Part shown: piece by piece, positions 1 through 9,900 of the stretch | Layout of the letters: each line of letters starts with the position of its first letter | Numbering within the stretch: position 1 is the stretch's first letter | From: a virus | Taxonomy: Duplodnaviria; Caudoviricetes | Virus record (IMG/VR): IMGVR_UViG_3300034411_000581 | Location: 1 to 25,070 of that record | Direction: 5' to 3' (one strand) | DNA: 25,070 nucleotides | The notes under the pieces: generated by a model | The model's input: only the letters and a program-made list of their open reading frames with translations | Databases searched by the model: none | Told to the model about the DNA's origin: nothing | Made by a program: the position numbers and the translations under genes

Positions 1-1721
1 ATTCTTACAGTGAGTCACCGTACTTTGAAGACATTTATTATGTTGGTGAAGTAAAATTTGTGCCTATCAATGAGCTTAAGAAGCAATTTCCTGATCTCGA
101 CGAGGCACAGTTAGAAAAAATACAGAAGCAAGGATCACATAACCATAGCGCTGGATACGATCAGTCTTTGGTAAACCATGATGTTCGTGACAATAATGTA
201 GTGCAAGTGTTGTACTTCAATTATAAGACGTACATGAATGAAGTATATAAGGTTAAAGAAACTGCAACCGGCGCTTCTAAAATTATAGTAAGAGACGACC
301 AGTTTGATCCTCCTGTAGAATTACTTGAGGCTGAGTTCGGTAAAATGTCTCGTTCACTTGAAGTATTATATGAAGGTGTACTTATATTAGGTACTGACAT
401 TCTGCTTAAGTGGGAGATGGCTAAAAATATGATGCGCCCTAAAAGTGATTATGCTAAAGTTAAAATGAACTACAGCATTGTTGCGCCGCGCATGTATAAA
501 GGTAAGATTGAATCTATTGTAAGCCGTTGTACTGGTTTTGCAGATATGATTCAAATTACTCACCTTAAGATGCAGCAAGTACTGAGCAGAATGATGCCTG
601 ATGGGGTATACATGGATGCTGACGGTCTTGCTGAAATTGATTTAGGTAATGGTACCAACTACAACCCGCAAGAAGCACTTAACATGTTCTTCCAAACGGG
701 TTCTGTTATTGGCCGCTCATTTACAAGCGAGGGCGATATGAATCCAGGCAAAGTGCCAATTCAGCCATTGCAAACTGGTGCAGGTGGTCAGAAGCTGCAA
801 ACACTTATACAAACTTATAACTATTATTTGCAAATGATCCGTGACGTTACGGGTCTTAATGAAGCTCGTGATGGTTCATCACCTGATTCTAGAGCATTAG
901 TAGGTGTTCAAAAAATGGCAGCGGCTAATTCAAATACGGCAACGCGTCATATTCTTGATGCTGGTTTATTCTTAACAGCAGAAACAGCTGAGTGTTTATC
1001 ACTACGTATTTCTGATATTATAGAGTTTGATCCTTCACGTGAAGCGTTTATACAAAAAATCGGCAGCCATAACGTAGGTATTTTAGCTGAGCTAGAAGAC
1101 TTACACTTGCACGACTTTGGTATTTCATTAGAGCTTTCGCCGGATGACGAAGAAAAAGCGTTGCTAGAAAACAATATTCAAACTGCATTATCTGCAGGGC
1201 TTATTGATTTAGACGATGCTATTGATATTCGTGAAGTTAAGAACTTAAAGTTAGCTAACCAGTTATTAAAGCTACGCCGTAAGAAAAAGCAAGAGCGCGA
1301 CCAAATGATGCAACAGCAAAATATGCAAGCGCAAGCTCAAGCGAATGCCCAAGCACAACAAGTTGCCGCACAAGCTGAAATGCAGAAAGATCAGGCAGCG
1401 TTGCAAACTAAGTCTCAGCTAGAACAACTTAAAGCTCAAATAGAGCAAGCTAGGATTGACAAAGAAGTTGAGGCTAAGATGCAATTGATGGCATTAGAGT
1501 TCCAGTATAACATGAAGCTTAAAGGCTTAGAAGTTGATGCTGCTAAAAGTAAGATCTCGGAAACTGAAGATCGCAAAGACAAAAGAACAAAAATTCAAGC
1601 TACACAACAAAGTGAGCTTATAGACCAAAGACAAAAAGGCGGTTCGCCTAAAGACTTCGAATCCTCTGGTAATGATATACTTGGCGGTGGTTTCGGTTTA
1701 GGAAGTTTCGAACCTAGGTAA
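1..1721 (+). CDS. Phage portal protein (5'-truncated by window edge)
   Basis: The frame is open from position 3 (SYSESPYFEDIYYVGEVKFVPINELKKQFP), so the GTG at 60 is internal. It lies upstream of the scaffold-like and capsid genes, has the portal-like segment YYLQMIRDVTGLNEARDG, and ends in a long Q/A-rich coiled coil. TAA at 1719-1721. Confidence 0.8.
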   Translation, partial: SYSESPYFEDIYYVGEVKFVPINELKKQFPDLDEAQLEKIQKQGSHNHSAGYDQSLVNHDVRDNNVVQVLYFNYKTYMNEVYKVKETATGASKIIVRDDQFDPPVELLEAEFGKMSRSLEVLYEGVLILGTDILLKWEMAKNMMRPKSDYAKVKMNYSIVAPRMYKGKIESIVSRCTGFADMIQITHLKMQQVLSRMMPDGVYMDADGLAEIDLGNGTNYNPQEALNMFFQTGSVIGRSFTSEGDMNPGKVPIQPLQTGAGGQKLQTLIQTYNYYLQMIRDVTGLNEARDGSSPDSRALVGVQKMAAANSNTATRHILDAGLFLTAETAECLSLRISDIIEFDPSREAFIQKIGSHNVGILAELEDLHLHDFGISLELSPDDEEKALLENNIQTALSAGLIDLDDAIDIREVKNLKLANQLLKLRRKKKQERDQMMQQQNMQAQAQANAQAQQVAAQAEMQKDQAALQTKSQLEQLKAQIEQARIDKEVEAKMQLMALEFQYNMKLKGLEVDAAKSKISETEDRKDKRTKIQATQQSELIDQRQKGGSPKDFESSGNDILGGGFGLGSFEPR

Positions 1722-1734
1722 TAATAACCATAAC

Positions 1735-1753
1735 AATTATATAATATTTTATC
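1735..1753 (+). promoter_or_regulatory. AT-rich leader motif AATTATAT(A/T)ATAT...TATC-ATG, copy 1
   Basis: AATTATATAATATTTTATC directly before ATG 1754; similar to the leader of the ORF at 4426. Confidence 0.3.
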
Positions 1754-2899
1754 ATGAGTGAAGAAACCAAAGACACATCACCTGTTTCTCAAGGTGATGA
1801 TGGTACTATTAAAGTGGATTTTTCAGCAGTACCTCAGGAAGCACCAGCAGAAGAAACTGTTGAGCAACCTGTAGAAGAGGCACCTGTAGAGGAGCCTGTT
1901 GTTGAAGAAACACCAGTACAAGAAGAAGCACCTGTAGAAGAACCTACAGAAGAAGCAGCTGAAGAGCCTGTTCTAATGGAAATTACAGAAGAAGAGGTTG
2001 AAGAAGCTGCTGAACAATTGGAAGATGAGGTTGCAGATGCAATTAAAGAGTCGGCTACGTCTGGCGCAAACCTTCCTGAAAACATTCAAAAAGTTGTAGA
2101 CTTTATGAGTGAAACAGGGGGATCATTAGAAGATTATGTACGTCTTAACACGGACTATTCTAGTTTAAACGAAGATCAATTGCTTCGTGAATACTATGAA
2201 ACTAAGTTTAGTGCTTATGACCGGGAAGACATCGACTTCTTGTTAGCCGATAAGTTTTCTTACGACGAAGAGCTTGATGACGAACGCGAAGTACGCTTAA
2301 AGAAATTAGAGCGTAAACAAGCATTAGCAGAAGCTAAAAATCATTTAGACGGCTTAAAGTCTAAATACTACGATGAAATTAAGATGGGTTCAAGATTGAA
2401 TCCTGAACAGCAAAAAGCGGTTGAATTTTTCAATCGTTATAATAAGGAGAGTGAAGAGGCTGCAAAAATAGCAGAACGACAAACCAGTAGGTTTAAACAA
2501 GAAAGCGAGAAAGTATTCAGCGAAAAATTCGAAGGTTTCGATTACAGCGTTGGAGACAAGAAGTACCGCTTTAAGGTTAAAGACGCTGGCCAGGTTAAGG
2601 AAACTCAAGGCGACATTAACAACTTTATCAAGAAGTTCTTGAACGAAAAGGGGGAAATGCAAGATGCTAAGGGTTACCATAAATCGCTGTTCACCGCTAT
2701 GAATGCCGATCAAGTTGCACAACACTTTTACGAGCAAGGTAAAGCCGATGCCGTAAAGGACAGTATGGCACGCACGAAGAATGTCGATATGGATCCGAGA
2801 GGGACTCATGAAAAAGTTACGACACAAAACGGGTGGACTATACGCGCTGTAAATGATGGTGAAAGCACTTCTAAACTCAAAGTCAAGTTTAAAAAATAA
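1754..2899 (+). CDS. Acidic capsid assembly/scaffolding-like protein (381 aa)
   Basis: Sits between portal and major capsid genes; very acidic low-complexity E/P/V/A N-terminus, helical middle, basic C-terminal tip (KLKVKFKK). Function inferred from position and composition. Confidence 0.6.
   Translation: MSEETKDTSPVSQGDDGTIKVDFSAVPQEAPAEETVEQPVEEAPVEEPVVEETPVQEEAPVEEPTEEAAEEPVLMEITEEEVEEAAEQLEDEVADAIKESATSGANLPENIQKVVDFMSETGGSLEDYVRLNTDYSSLNEDQLLREYYETKFSAYDREDIDFLLADKFSYDEELDDEREVRLKKLERKQALAEAKNHLDGLKSKYYDEIKMGSRLNPEQQKAVEFFNRYNKESEEAAKIAERQTSRFKQESEKVFSEKFEGFDYSVGDKKYRFKVKDAGQVKETQGDINNFIKKFLNEKGEMQDAKGYHKSLFTAMNADQVAQHFYEQGKADAVKDSMARTKNVDMDPRGTHEKVTTQNGWTIRAVNDGESTSKLKVKFKK
1838..1972 (+). 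repeat. Degenerate coding tandem repeats (EEAPVEEP-like)
   Basis: Repeated (gca)cctgtagaagag/gaa units encode EAPAEETVEQPVEEAPVEEPVVEETPVQEEAPVEEPTEEAAEEPV. Confidence 0.7.
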
Positions 2900-2919
2900 T
2901 TCATTAAAACAAATAAGAA

Positions 2920-4347
2920 ATGAGTTTTGCAACTACGCCAACTAGTTTGGCAAATTTATCTCACCTTACTCCACGTCCTATCAAGGGCTTGTTTGGTGAC
3001 AATTATCTGTCTGTGGCTGACATGGACTTTACACAACAATTCCTTCCTGAGGTATACGAGAAAGAAGTAGAGCGCTACGGAAACCGTACAGTATCAGGAT
3101 TCTTGCGCATGGTTGGTGCAGAAATGCCTATGGCTTCTGACCGCGTAGTATGGCAAGAGCAAGGACGTTTGCACATTGCTTACGATAGCCTTACAGTAAA
3201 CGCTGCTGGTACTACCATTACATTCCCTGCTGGTCACTTGATCGGTGCTGGTATGACATTGGTTGTATCTAAAGGTTACAAGACTTTCAAAGCATATGTT
3301 GTTTCTGTAGCCGGTAACGTAGCTACTATCAAAGTTTACGATAGCTCTGACGGAGCATTGCCTGCAGGTACTGGTACTTTGCGTGCTGCTACTGATGCTA
3401 AAGCATTCGTTTACGGTTCTGAGTACACTAAAGGTTCTAGCAGTGCTGGAAACTCAATGGATGCTTCTTTCACTACTTTTGACAACAAGCCTATCATCTT
3501 ACGTGATAAGTACAATGTTAAAGGTTCTGATGTAGCTCAAATCGGTTGGGTTGAAGTAACTACTGAAGCTGGTACTTCTGGATACTTATGGTACTTGAAG
3601 TCTGAGCACGAGTCTCGTCTACGTTTTGAAGACTACCTCGAAATGAGCATGGTTGAAGCTGAAAAAGCACAATCTAACATTGCTCAAGATGCTGCTTTCG
3701 GTAACACTGCTAAAATCGAAGGTTCTGAAGGTTTATTCGCAGCTCTAGAGTCTCGCGGTTTGGTATTTAACGACCAAGACTTCAACAACGCTTCTGGTTT
3801 AACTGGTTTAGGTGACTTTGACGTAATTCTTCAGGAATTAGACAAGCAAGGTGCTATCGAAGAGAACATGATGTTCTTGGATCGTACAACTGCTTTAGAT
3901 ATCGACAACATGCTTGCTCGTGCTAATAGCTACGGAACAGGTGGTACTTCTTACGGGGTATTCGATAACTCTGAGGATATGGCATTGAACTTAGGTTTCT
4001 CTGGATTCCGTCGTGGTTCTTACGATTTCTACAAGACTGACTGGAAATACTTGAACGATTCTGCAACTCGCGGTAGCATTGCTGACGTAGAGGGTGTTAT
4101 TGTTCCTGCTGGTACTTCTACTGTATACGACCAAAACTTAGGTCAGAACATCGCGCGTCCGTTCTTACACGTACGTTACCGTGCTTCTGAAGCTGAAGAT
4201 CGTCGTATGAAGTCTTGGGTTACTGGTTCAGTTGGTGGCAACTACACTAGTGATGCTGATGAAATGAACGTACACTTCCTTTCTGAGCGTGCACTTTGTG
4301 TTCAAGCTGCGAACAACTTCGTAATGCTGAAGAAAACTACTGCTTAA
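2920..4347 (+). CDS. Major capsid protein (475 aa)
   Basis: Follows the scaffold-like gene and is followed by a hairpin. Motifs QQFLPEVYEKEVERYGNRTVSGFL, SDRVVWQEQGRLH and GFSGFRRGSYDFYKTDWKYLND match my recollection of Bacteroidota phage capsid proteins. Strong high-expression codon bias (TTC, TAC, AAC, ATC, CGT, GGT). Confidence 0.85.
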   Translation: MSFATTPTSLANLSHLTPRPIKGLFGDNYLSVADMDFTQQFLPEVYEKEVERYGNRTVSGFLRMVGAEMPMASDRVVWQEQGRLHIAYDSLTVNAAGTTITFPAGHLIGAGMTLVVSKGYKTFKAYVVSVAGNVATIKVYDSSDGALPAGTGTLRAATDAKAFVYGSEYTKGSSSAGNSMDASFTTFDNKPIILRDKYNVKGSDVAQIGWVEVTTEAGTSGYLWYLKSEHESRLRFEDYLEMSMVEAEKAQSNIAQDAAFGNTAKIEGSEGLFAALESRGLVFNDQDFNNASGLTGLGDFDVILQELDKQGAIEENMMFLDRTTALDIDNMLARANSYGTGGTSYGVFDNSEDMALNLGFSGFRRGSYDFYKTDWKYLNDSATRGSIADVEGVIVPAGTSTVYDQNLGQNIARPFLHVRYRASEAEDRRMKSWVTGSVGGNYTSDADEMNVHFLSERALCVQAANNFVMLKKTTA

Positions 4348-4368
4348 TTAGCGTAGTTAATCAAAAAT

Positions 4369-4410
4369 ATTACCCTCGTCCTTGTGGCGGGGGTAATTAT
4401 TACCTTTATT
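4369..4410 (+). terminator. Stem-loop after the capsid gene (probable leaky intrinsic terminator)
   Basis: 12-bp stem ATTACCCTCGTC / GGCGGGGGTAAT (two G-U pairs), loop CTTGT, followed by TATTACCTTTATT (imperfect U tract). Confidence 0.65.
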
Positions 4411-4411
4411 T

Positions 4412-4425
4412 AATTATATTATATC
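4412..4425 (+). promoter_or_regulatory. AT-rich leader motif AATTATATTATATC-ATG, copy 2
   Basis: Directly before ATG 4426; resembles 1735-1753. Confidence 0.3.
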
Positions 4426-5277
4426 ATGGCACAAGCTAAAAAGCCTGCAGCAAAGCCTGCGGCAAAAAAAACAGCACCTGCAACAGCAGTTGTTGAAGAA
4501 ACAGTTGCGGCACCCGTCGCACCACCTGCACCTGTAGATACATGGGTTATCAAAGACAGATTGTACGAAATTACTTCAGGGCGTAAACCATTAGCGTTTA
4601 CATTACCTACCGTACATTCAGCTCGCACTCCCTTGTTATACTTTGATGAAGAATTAGGATACAACCGTGAATTGCGTTATGCAACTAACCAGCGTACTCC
4701 ATTCGTTGATGAGCAACAAGGAACTGCAACATTAGGTCGTATCGTATTTAGAGACGGCATTTTGAGGGTACCAAAAGAAAATATAGTTTTGCAAAAACTT
4801 CTTTCTTTATACCACCCATATACACTGCAAGGTCGCATTATGGAATACAAACCAGAGCAGATCGCAGAAAACGAAACTGACTGGATTGAATTAGAGCTAG
4901 AAGCGATGACCGTTGCAAAAGCAATGGATATCGACGAGGCTGAAGCAATTTTAAGAGCTCAATACGGCTCACAACAGGTATCTAACGCGTCTTCTAAAGA
5001 ACTAAAACGTGATTTACTAATACTTGCGCGTAATAACCCTAGTCTCTTCTTAGACTTGGCTAATGACGACAACGTAATGCTGCGTAACATTGGGATCAAA
5101 GCTACCGAAACGGGAATTTTGAGTTTATCACAAGACCAACGCACATTTACATATGCAAGTAACGGAAGAAAGCTGTTAACAGTACCGTTTAATGAACATC
5201 CATATTCAGCACTCGCTGCTTACTTTAAAACAGATGAGGGTATGGAAGTATTACGAGCCGTAGAGAAACAGCTATAA
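4426..5277 (+). CDS. Hypothetical protein of the head module (283 aa)
   Basis: Full ORF just after the capsid gene; K/A/P-rich N-terminal tail (AKKPAAKPAAKK) followed by a globular region. Function not recognised. Confidence 0.75.
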   Translation: MAQAKKPAAKPAAKKTAPATAVVEETVAAPVAPPAPVDTWVIKDRLYEITSGRKPLAFTLPTVHSARTPLLYFDEELGYNRELRYATNQRTPFVDEQQGTATLGRIVFRDGILRVPKENIVLQKLLSLYHPYTLQGRIMEYKPEQIAENETDWIELELEAMTVAKAMDIDEAEAILRAQYGSQQVSNASSKELKRDLLILARNNPSLFLDLANDDNVMLRNIGIKATETGILSLSQDQRTFTYASNGRKLLTVPFNEHPYSALAAYFKTDEGMEVLRAVEKQL

Positions 5278-5290
5278 TACATATCTTTTT

Positions 5291-5324
5291 GTGATTAGGC
5301 TGCTGTAACAAGCGGCCTAATTAC
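5291..5324 (+). terminator. Intergenic stem-loop (weak terminator or mRNA processing/stability hairpin)
   Basis: 14-bp stem GTGATTAGGCTGCT / AGCGGCCTAATTAC (two G-U pairs), loop GTAACA; no strong U tract afterwards. Confidence 0.5.
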
Positions 5325-5348
5325 TTAATATACATAAACAAACACAAA

Positions 5349-6035
5349 ATGGCAGTAAGCGTAGATACAGTATACCAAAGAGTATTGGCTATCCTTAACA
5401 AAGAACAAAGAGGGTACGTAACTCCTCAGGAATTTAACTTGTTTGCAAACCAAGCACAGTCTGATATTTTTGAGCAGTACTTCTATGACATTAACCAATT
5501 CGGTAGAATGCATGGTAATGACACTGAATACTCTGACATGCTTAACCTCTTGAATGAGAAAATAAACATATTCGAGAAGAATGGTAGTATGACCTACTCT
5601 GCTCCTAACTGGACGGTCCCTAGCGATCTTTACCGGTTAGGTACAATTATTTATAATAACATCGAAGCTGAGCGTATTAATGCCAACGAGTACTTATATA
5701 TTAATGCTTCGCCACTTACTAAGCCTACAAATGCCCGACCAATATTTGTGGCTAGCTCTACAGGCTATAAGGTGTATGGTGCGGCGGCGTTAACTTCAGG
5801 AGTATCGTGTAATTATATTAAAGTACCTGCGACGGTTGAGTGGGCATATAACACAGTAGCCGGAAGAGCCATATATAATTCAACAAATGCTACTAATTTT
5901 GAGTTGCATGCTTCTGAAGAAACCGAACTGGTTTTTAAAATATTGCAACTAGCAGGGCTTTCTATTAAAGAACTTCAGGTTTACCAAATTGGTAACCAAA
6001 TGGAAGGGCAAAACACACAACAAGAAAAAGCTTAA
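5349..6035 (+). CDS. Putative head-tail adaptor / tail ring protein (228 aa)
   Basis: N-terminal helical motif VYQRVLAILNKEQRGYVTPQEFNLFANQAQ, beta-rich middle and helical end fit tail tubular/ring proteins; first gene of the tail block. Confidence 0.6.
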   Translation: MAVSVDTVYQRVLAILNKEQRGYVTPQEFNLFANQAQSDIFEQYFYDINQFGRMHGNDTEYSDMLNLLNEKINIFEKNGSMTYSAPNWTVPSDLYRLGTIIYNNIEAERINANEYLYINASPLTKPTNARPIFVASSTGYKVYGAAALTSGVSCNYIKVPATVEWAYNTVAGRAIYNSTNATNFELHASEETELVFKILQLAGLSIKELQVYQIGNQMEGQNTQQEKA

Positions 6036-6038
6036 TAA

Positions 6039-6944
6039 ATGGGATTAATTAATCAAACACAAAAGCTCTATTACGAAGGTGCTGACGGCAACTGGAATAG
6101 CGGAGATGAAAATTACGGTGATTACCAGTTTGTAAGCATTAAAGATATCATTAACAACTTCATTATCGCTTATGTTGGAGAAGATAAAATCATTAGCAAA
6201 ATTAAGCGCACGGATGTTGCATTTCATGCTCAGCGTGCTTTACAAGAGCTTTCCTTCGATATACTACCCTCGGAAAAAGCTTTAGAAATTGAATTAGGGC
6301 CAGCACTAGAAATGGTTTTGCCACAAGACTACGTTAACTACGTTCGTTTTAGCTGGGCTGATGCTGGTGGTATAGAGCACATTATCTATCCTACACGTCA
6401 CTCAAGCAACCCCAAAGCTATTGTTCAAGATTCTGATTACGAATACACGTTTGATAGCAGTGGTGAAAAGCAGTATGCTAATAAGTCTGAAACGTTAAAG
6501 AAATTTGAAGCATCTAATCAAGAAGCTAATAGTAAAGCAGAACTTAGCACTAGTGAGCTCTTTAATCTTTACCGTCACGGTAGACGCTATGGGCTAAATC
6601 CCGAGTTTGCTCAAGGTAATGGCGTATTCTACATTGATAAGCTTAAGGGTATCGCACACTTTAGCTCTAGCTTAGTAAACAAGATTGTTACATTAAAGTA
6701 CATCAGTGACAGCTTAGGGTCTGACGAAGATATGCGAGTGCATAAATTTGCAGAAGAAGCCGTTTACAAATATCTAGCTCATGCCATTCTGGCAACAAGA
6801 GCCAATACTCAAGAATATTTAGTCGCGCGCTTTAAGAAAGAAGCGTTTGCAGCAAAAAGAGTTGCAAAACTCCGTATGTCTAACCTTAAGATTAGCGAGA
6901 TTGCTCAAATCATGCGCAACCAGGCTAAATGGATTAAACACTAA
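6039..6944 (+). CDS. Putative tail ring / tubular structural protein (301 aa)
   Basis: Helix, LPQDYVNYVRFSW, beta region, helix layout typical of adaptor/ring proteins; coupled between the 228-aa gene and the stabilization protein gene. Confidence 0.55.
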   Translation: MGLINQTQKLYYEGADGNWNSGDENYGDYQFVSIKDIINNFIIAYVGEDKIISKIKRTDVAFHAQRALQELSFDILPSEKALEIELGPALEMVLPQDYVNYVRFSWADAGGIEHIIYPTRHSSNPKAIVQDSDYEYTFDSSGEKQYANKSETLKKFEASNQEANSKAELSTSELFNLYRHGRRYGLNPEFAQGNGVFYIDKLKGIAHFSSSLVNKIVTLKYISDSLGSDEDMRVHKFAEEAVYKYLAHAILATRANTQEYLVARFKKEAFAAKRVAKLRMSNLKISEIAQIMRNQAKWIKH

Positions 6945-6947
6945 TAC

Positions 6948-9900
6948 ATGCCAAAATTAGCACACAACTTTGTCCAGGGCAAAATGAACAAGGATCTTGA
7001 TGAGAGACTTGTGCCTCCAGGCCAATATCGTGACGCTTTAAACATTCAGGTTTCAACATCTGAAGGTTCAGACGTCGGCGCTGTTGAGAACATATTAGGT
7101 AATACTAAGCTAAATAAAAAGTCGTCCTCTGTAAATTGGGGGGCTAATTTTGGTTTAACTTCTGCAAAATGTATAGGTACGGCTAGAGATACTCAAAACA
7201 ACAAGTTGTATTGGTTTGTTACTTCAGCATCGGTTGATGCTATTTTAGAGTATGATGAGGCTACAGGCTTTGTTGCACCTATATTAGTTGATACAGGCAC
7301 AGTATTAAATTTTAACACGGCTAACTTTATAACCGGTGTTAACGTTTTTGAGGGACTATTATGCTGGACTGATAATTTAAATGAGCCTAGAAAAATATTA
7401 ATATCTAGGTTTAAAGCAGGTAGTACACAAAGTGGAACGAGTATAAATACTCATACGCAAGTGTATAGCAGGCCGTTTGTTGCTTCTGATATTACCGTAA
7501 TTAAGAAAAAGCCAAACGAAAGATTACATTATACCGCTGCATCTTCTACAAGAACAGGTAATGGTGTTGGTATAAATAGAGTTACAACCCCTAAAAACTT
7601 TACAGAAACTTATAATGCTGTAAAAGTTCCAAGGGAAGTAGGCAGCTCTGTTTCTTTTGTAACTAGCTTAGCTCCAAATTGGCAGGCTAATGACATTATA
7701 ACACTTACGGGTTTTGAGTTTAATAATGAAAGAAACCTTAATGACAAGTATCAGGTAAGAGTTAAAGTAACCAGCATTACTGGATCGGCATTAAAGAACG
7801 TAACAGGTACTATACTTTCTATATCTTCTGATATGCCTGATCTCGAGATAACTTGGGAGTGTGAGCTGCAAGAGGACCCACCTATGTTTGAGTTTTCTTT
7901 CCCACGCTTTGCATATCGCTGGAAGTACATTGACGGCGAGGTATCTGCTTTTTCACCGTGGACCAATGCAGTGTTCGTGCCGGATACGTTTGAGTACGGT
8001 TCTTTCGATGCTTACAATGAAGGCATGCGTAACAACCTGCGTAAGCTTACTTTAAACAACTTTGAAACACCACCTGCTGATGTAGACAAGCTCCAAATTT
8101 TATACAAAGATTCTTCAGAGAATATAATTTATAAAATAGAAGAAAAGTCCGCAGCTGTAACTAGTATTGCTATCACCTCAGAGGTTGTAACAAATGTTGT
8201 AGATTCTAATCAGATACTTAGACCTTACGATAATGTGCCAATAAAAGCTCTGGCACAAGAAGTTATTGGTAACCGTATTGTATATGGTAACTACGTACAA
8301 CAATATGATATTATTGACGAAGTTGATCTAACGGTAGGGCTACAGTCTTCTAATATAACTACAGTTAAAACTCCCGAAGAAAGTGTTAAGTCTTTACGCG
8401 ATTACCAAGTAGGTATTGTTTACGTAGATGAAAACGGTAGAGAAACTCCTGTGTTCACTAATAGTTATGCAACTACCAAGATAGGTATAGACAAAGCTTC
8501 TAAGGTTAATAAAATAACTGCTGACTCTGGCCAAGACGCTCCTTCTTGGGCAACACACTTTAAATACTACGTAAAAGAAGTATCTAATGAATATTACAAT
8601 GTTTCATTAGACCGTTACTACGCCGATCCTGACGGCTTTATGTGGTTATCTATACCAAGCGCGGAAAGAAATAAAGTGCAAGAAGGTGATTTCTTAATTT
8701 TAAAGAAACAACACAATAGCGATACTCCAGTTGATGAGCCTACTAGATACAAAGTTATAGATATTAGCAATGAAGCGCCTGAACCTATAAAAACAAGAAG
8801 AAAGTTTAAGGTTTCCGCAGGTTGTACAAGAGGATCAGATGCCGCAAGAATTGCTTCAGGTTTAAAAACTTTTAAGTTTGTAGGGCCTAATCCTAACGCT
8901 GGTAATGCTGAATTTGTTAGCTCGTTAAATCAAGACGTTTATGTTCGTTTTGTAAGCGGAATTAATAAAACCGCTTTTTACGAAGTTGAAACCGCCGGAT
9001 TTACAAATGATGCTAGTAACCATTACGAGGTAACTTTAAATAAAAAGCTTTCAACTTACACTTGGTTAGGTAGTGCAACAAACATAACCGTAGAGGTCCA
9101 CGAAAGAAGAACAGATATATTGCCTGAGTACATAGGAAGGTTTTTTGTCAAGATTGACAGAGACATGGCGTTTGATGAAAACATAATTTACAATTTTACA
9201 AACAACCCAGGGGATTATCAACAAGACGGTACAGCTAATCCAGGTGTACTAGTCGATACTATTTCGGACGATCCAGATGTAGATAATATATTTTTAGTCC
9301 AGCAAGGGTGGGACGAGCATGCTAATGCCCAGCCTAGCGTGACGCTTTACGGTAAACCTACTTTGAATTCCTATAACTTTGGTATAATACATGCTCCGTG
9401 GGATTCTTCTACTCCTATTGGTGGCGCAGGGCTACAGTCGTTTAACACCAAAGCAGTCGCTAATGCAATAGTGCAATTTAGAGAAGGTAGTGGTTCGTGG
9501 GGCACCTTATACGAGATTGAAAGTGTTACAAAAGGATCTTATGTAAGGGGGCAAGGTACGGGTGGTACAACTCAAGGCAATGACGAAAACGGTTACTACT
9601 GGAACTTCGTATTAAAAACAGCATTTAGTGAAGATATAGATCCTGACCAAGTTAGGGTAGCGGTAAGAAAAAGAACGCAGCCAACGGTATTTGATGAAGA
9701 CAGTGATGTATTGCCTACAGAAAACCCGGCTATATTTGAAGTTGAACCAAACCCAGCTGTTGATTTAGAATTATACTACGAAGCAACCGAGGCGTTGCCA
9801 ATTGCAAACCTCTCAACAGAGCAAACATTAGATTACTTTAATTCTTACAGTTTTGGAAACGGAGTTGAGTCAGATAGAATACGTGATGACTTTAATGCCA

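Noticed and set aside
60-62. GTG at 60 as the portal start
   Set aside because: The frame is open and protein-like back to position 3; the true start lies upstream of the window.
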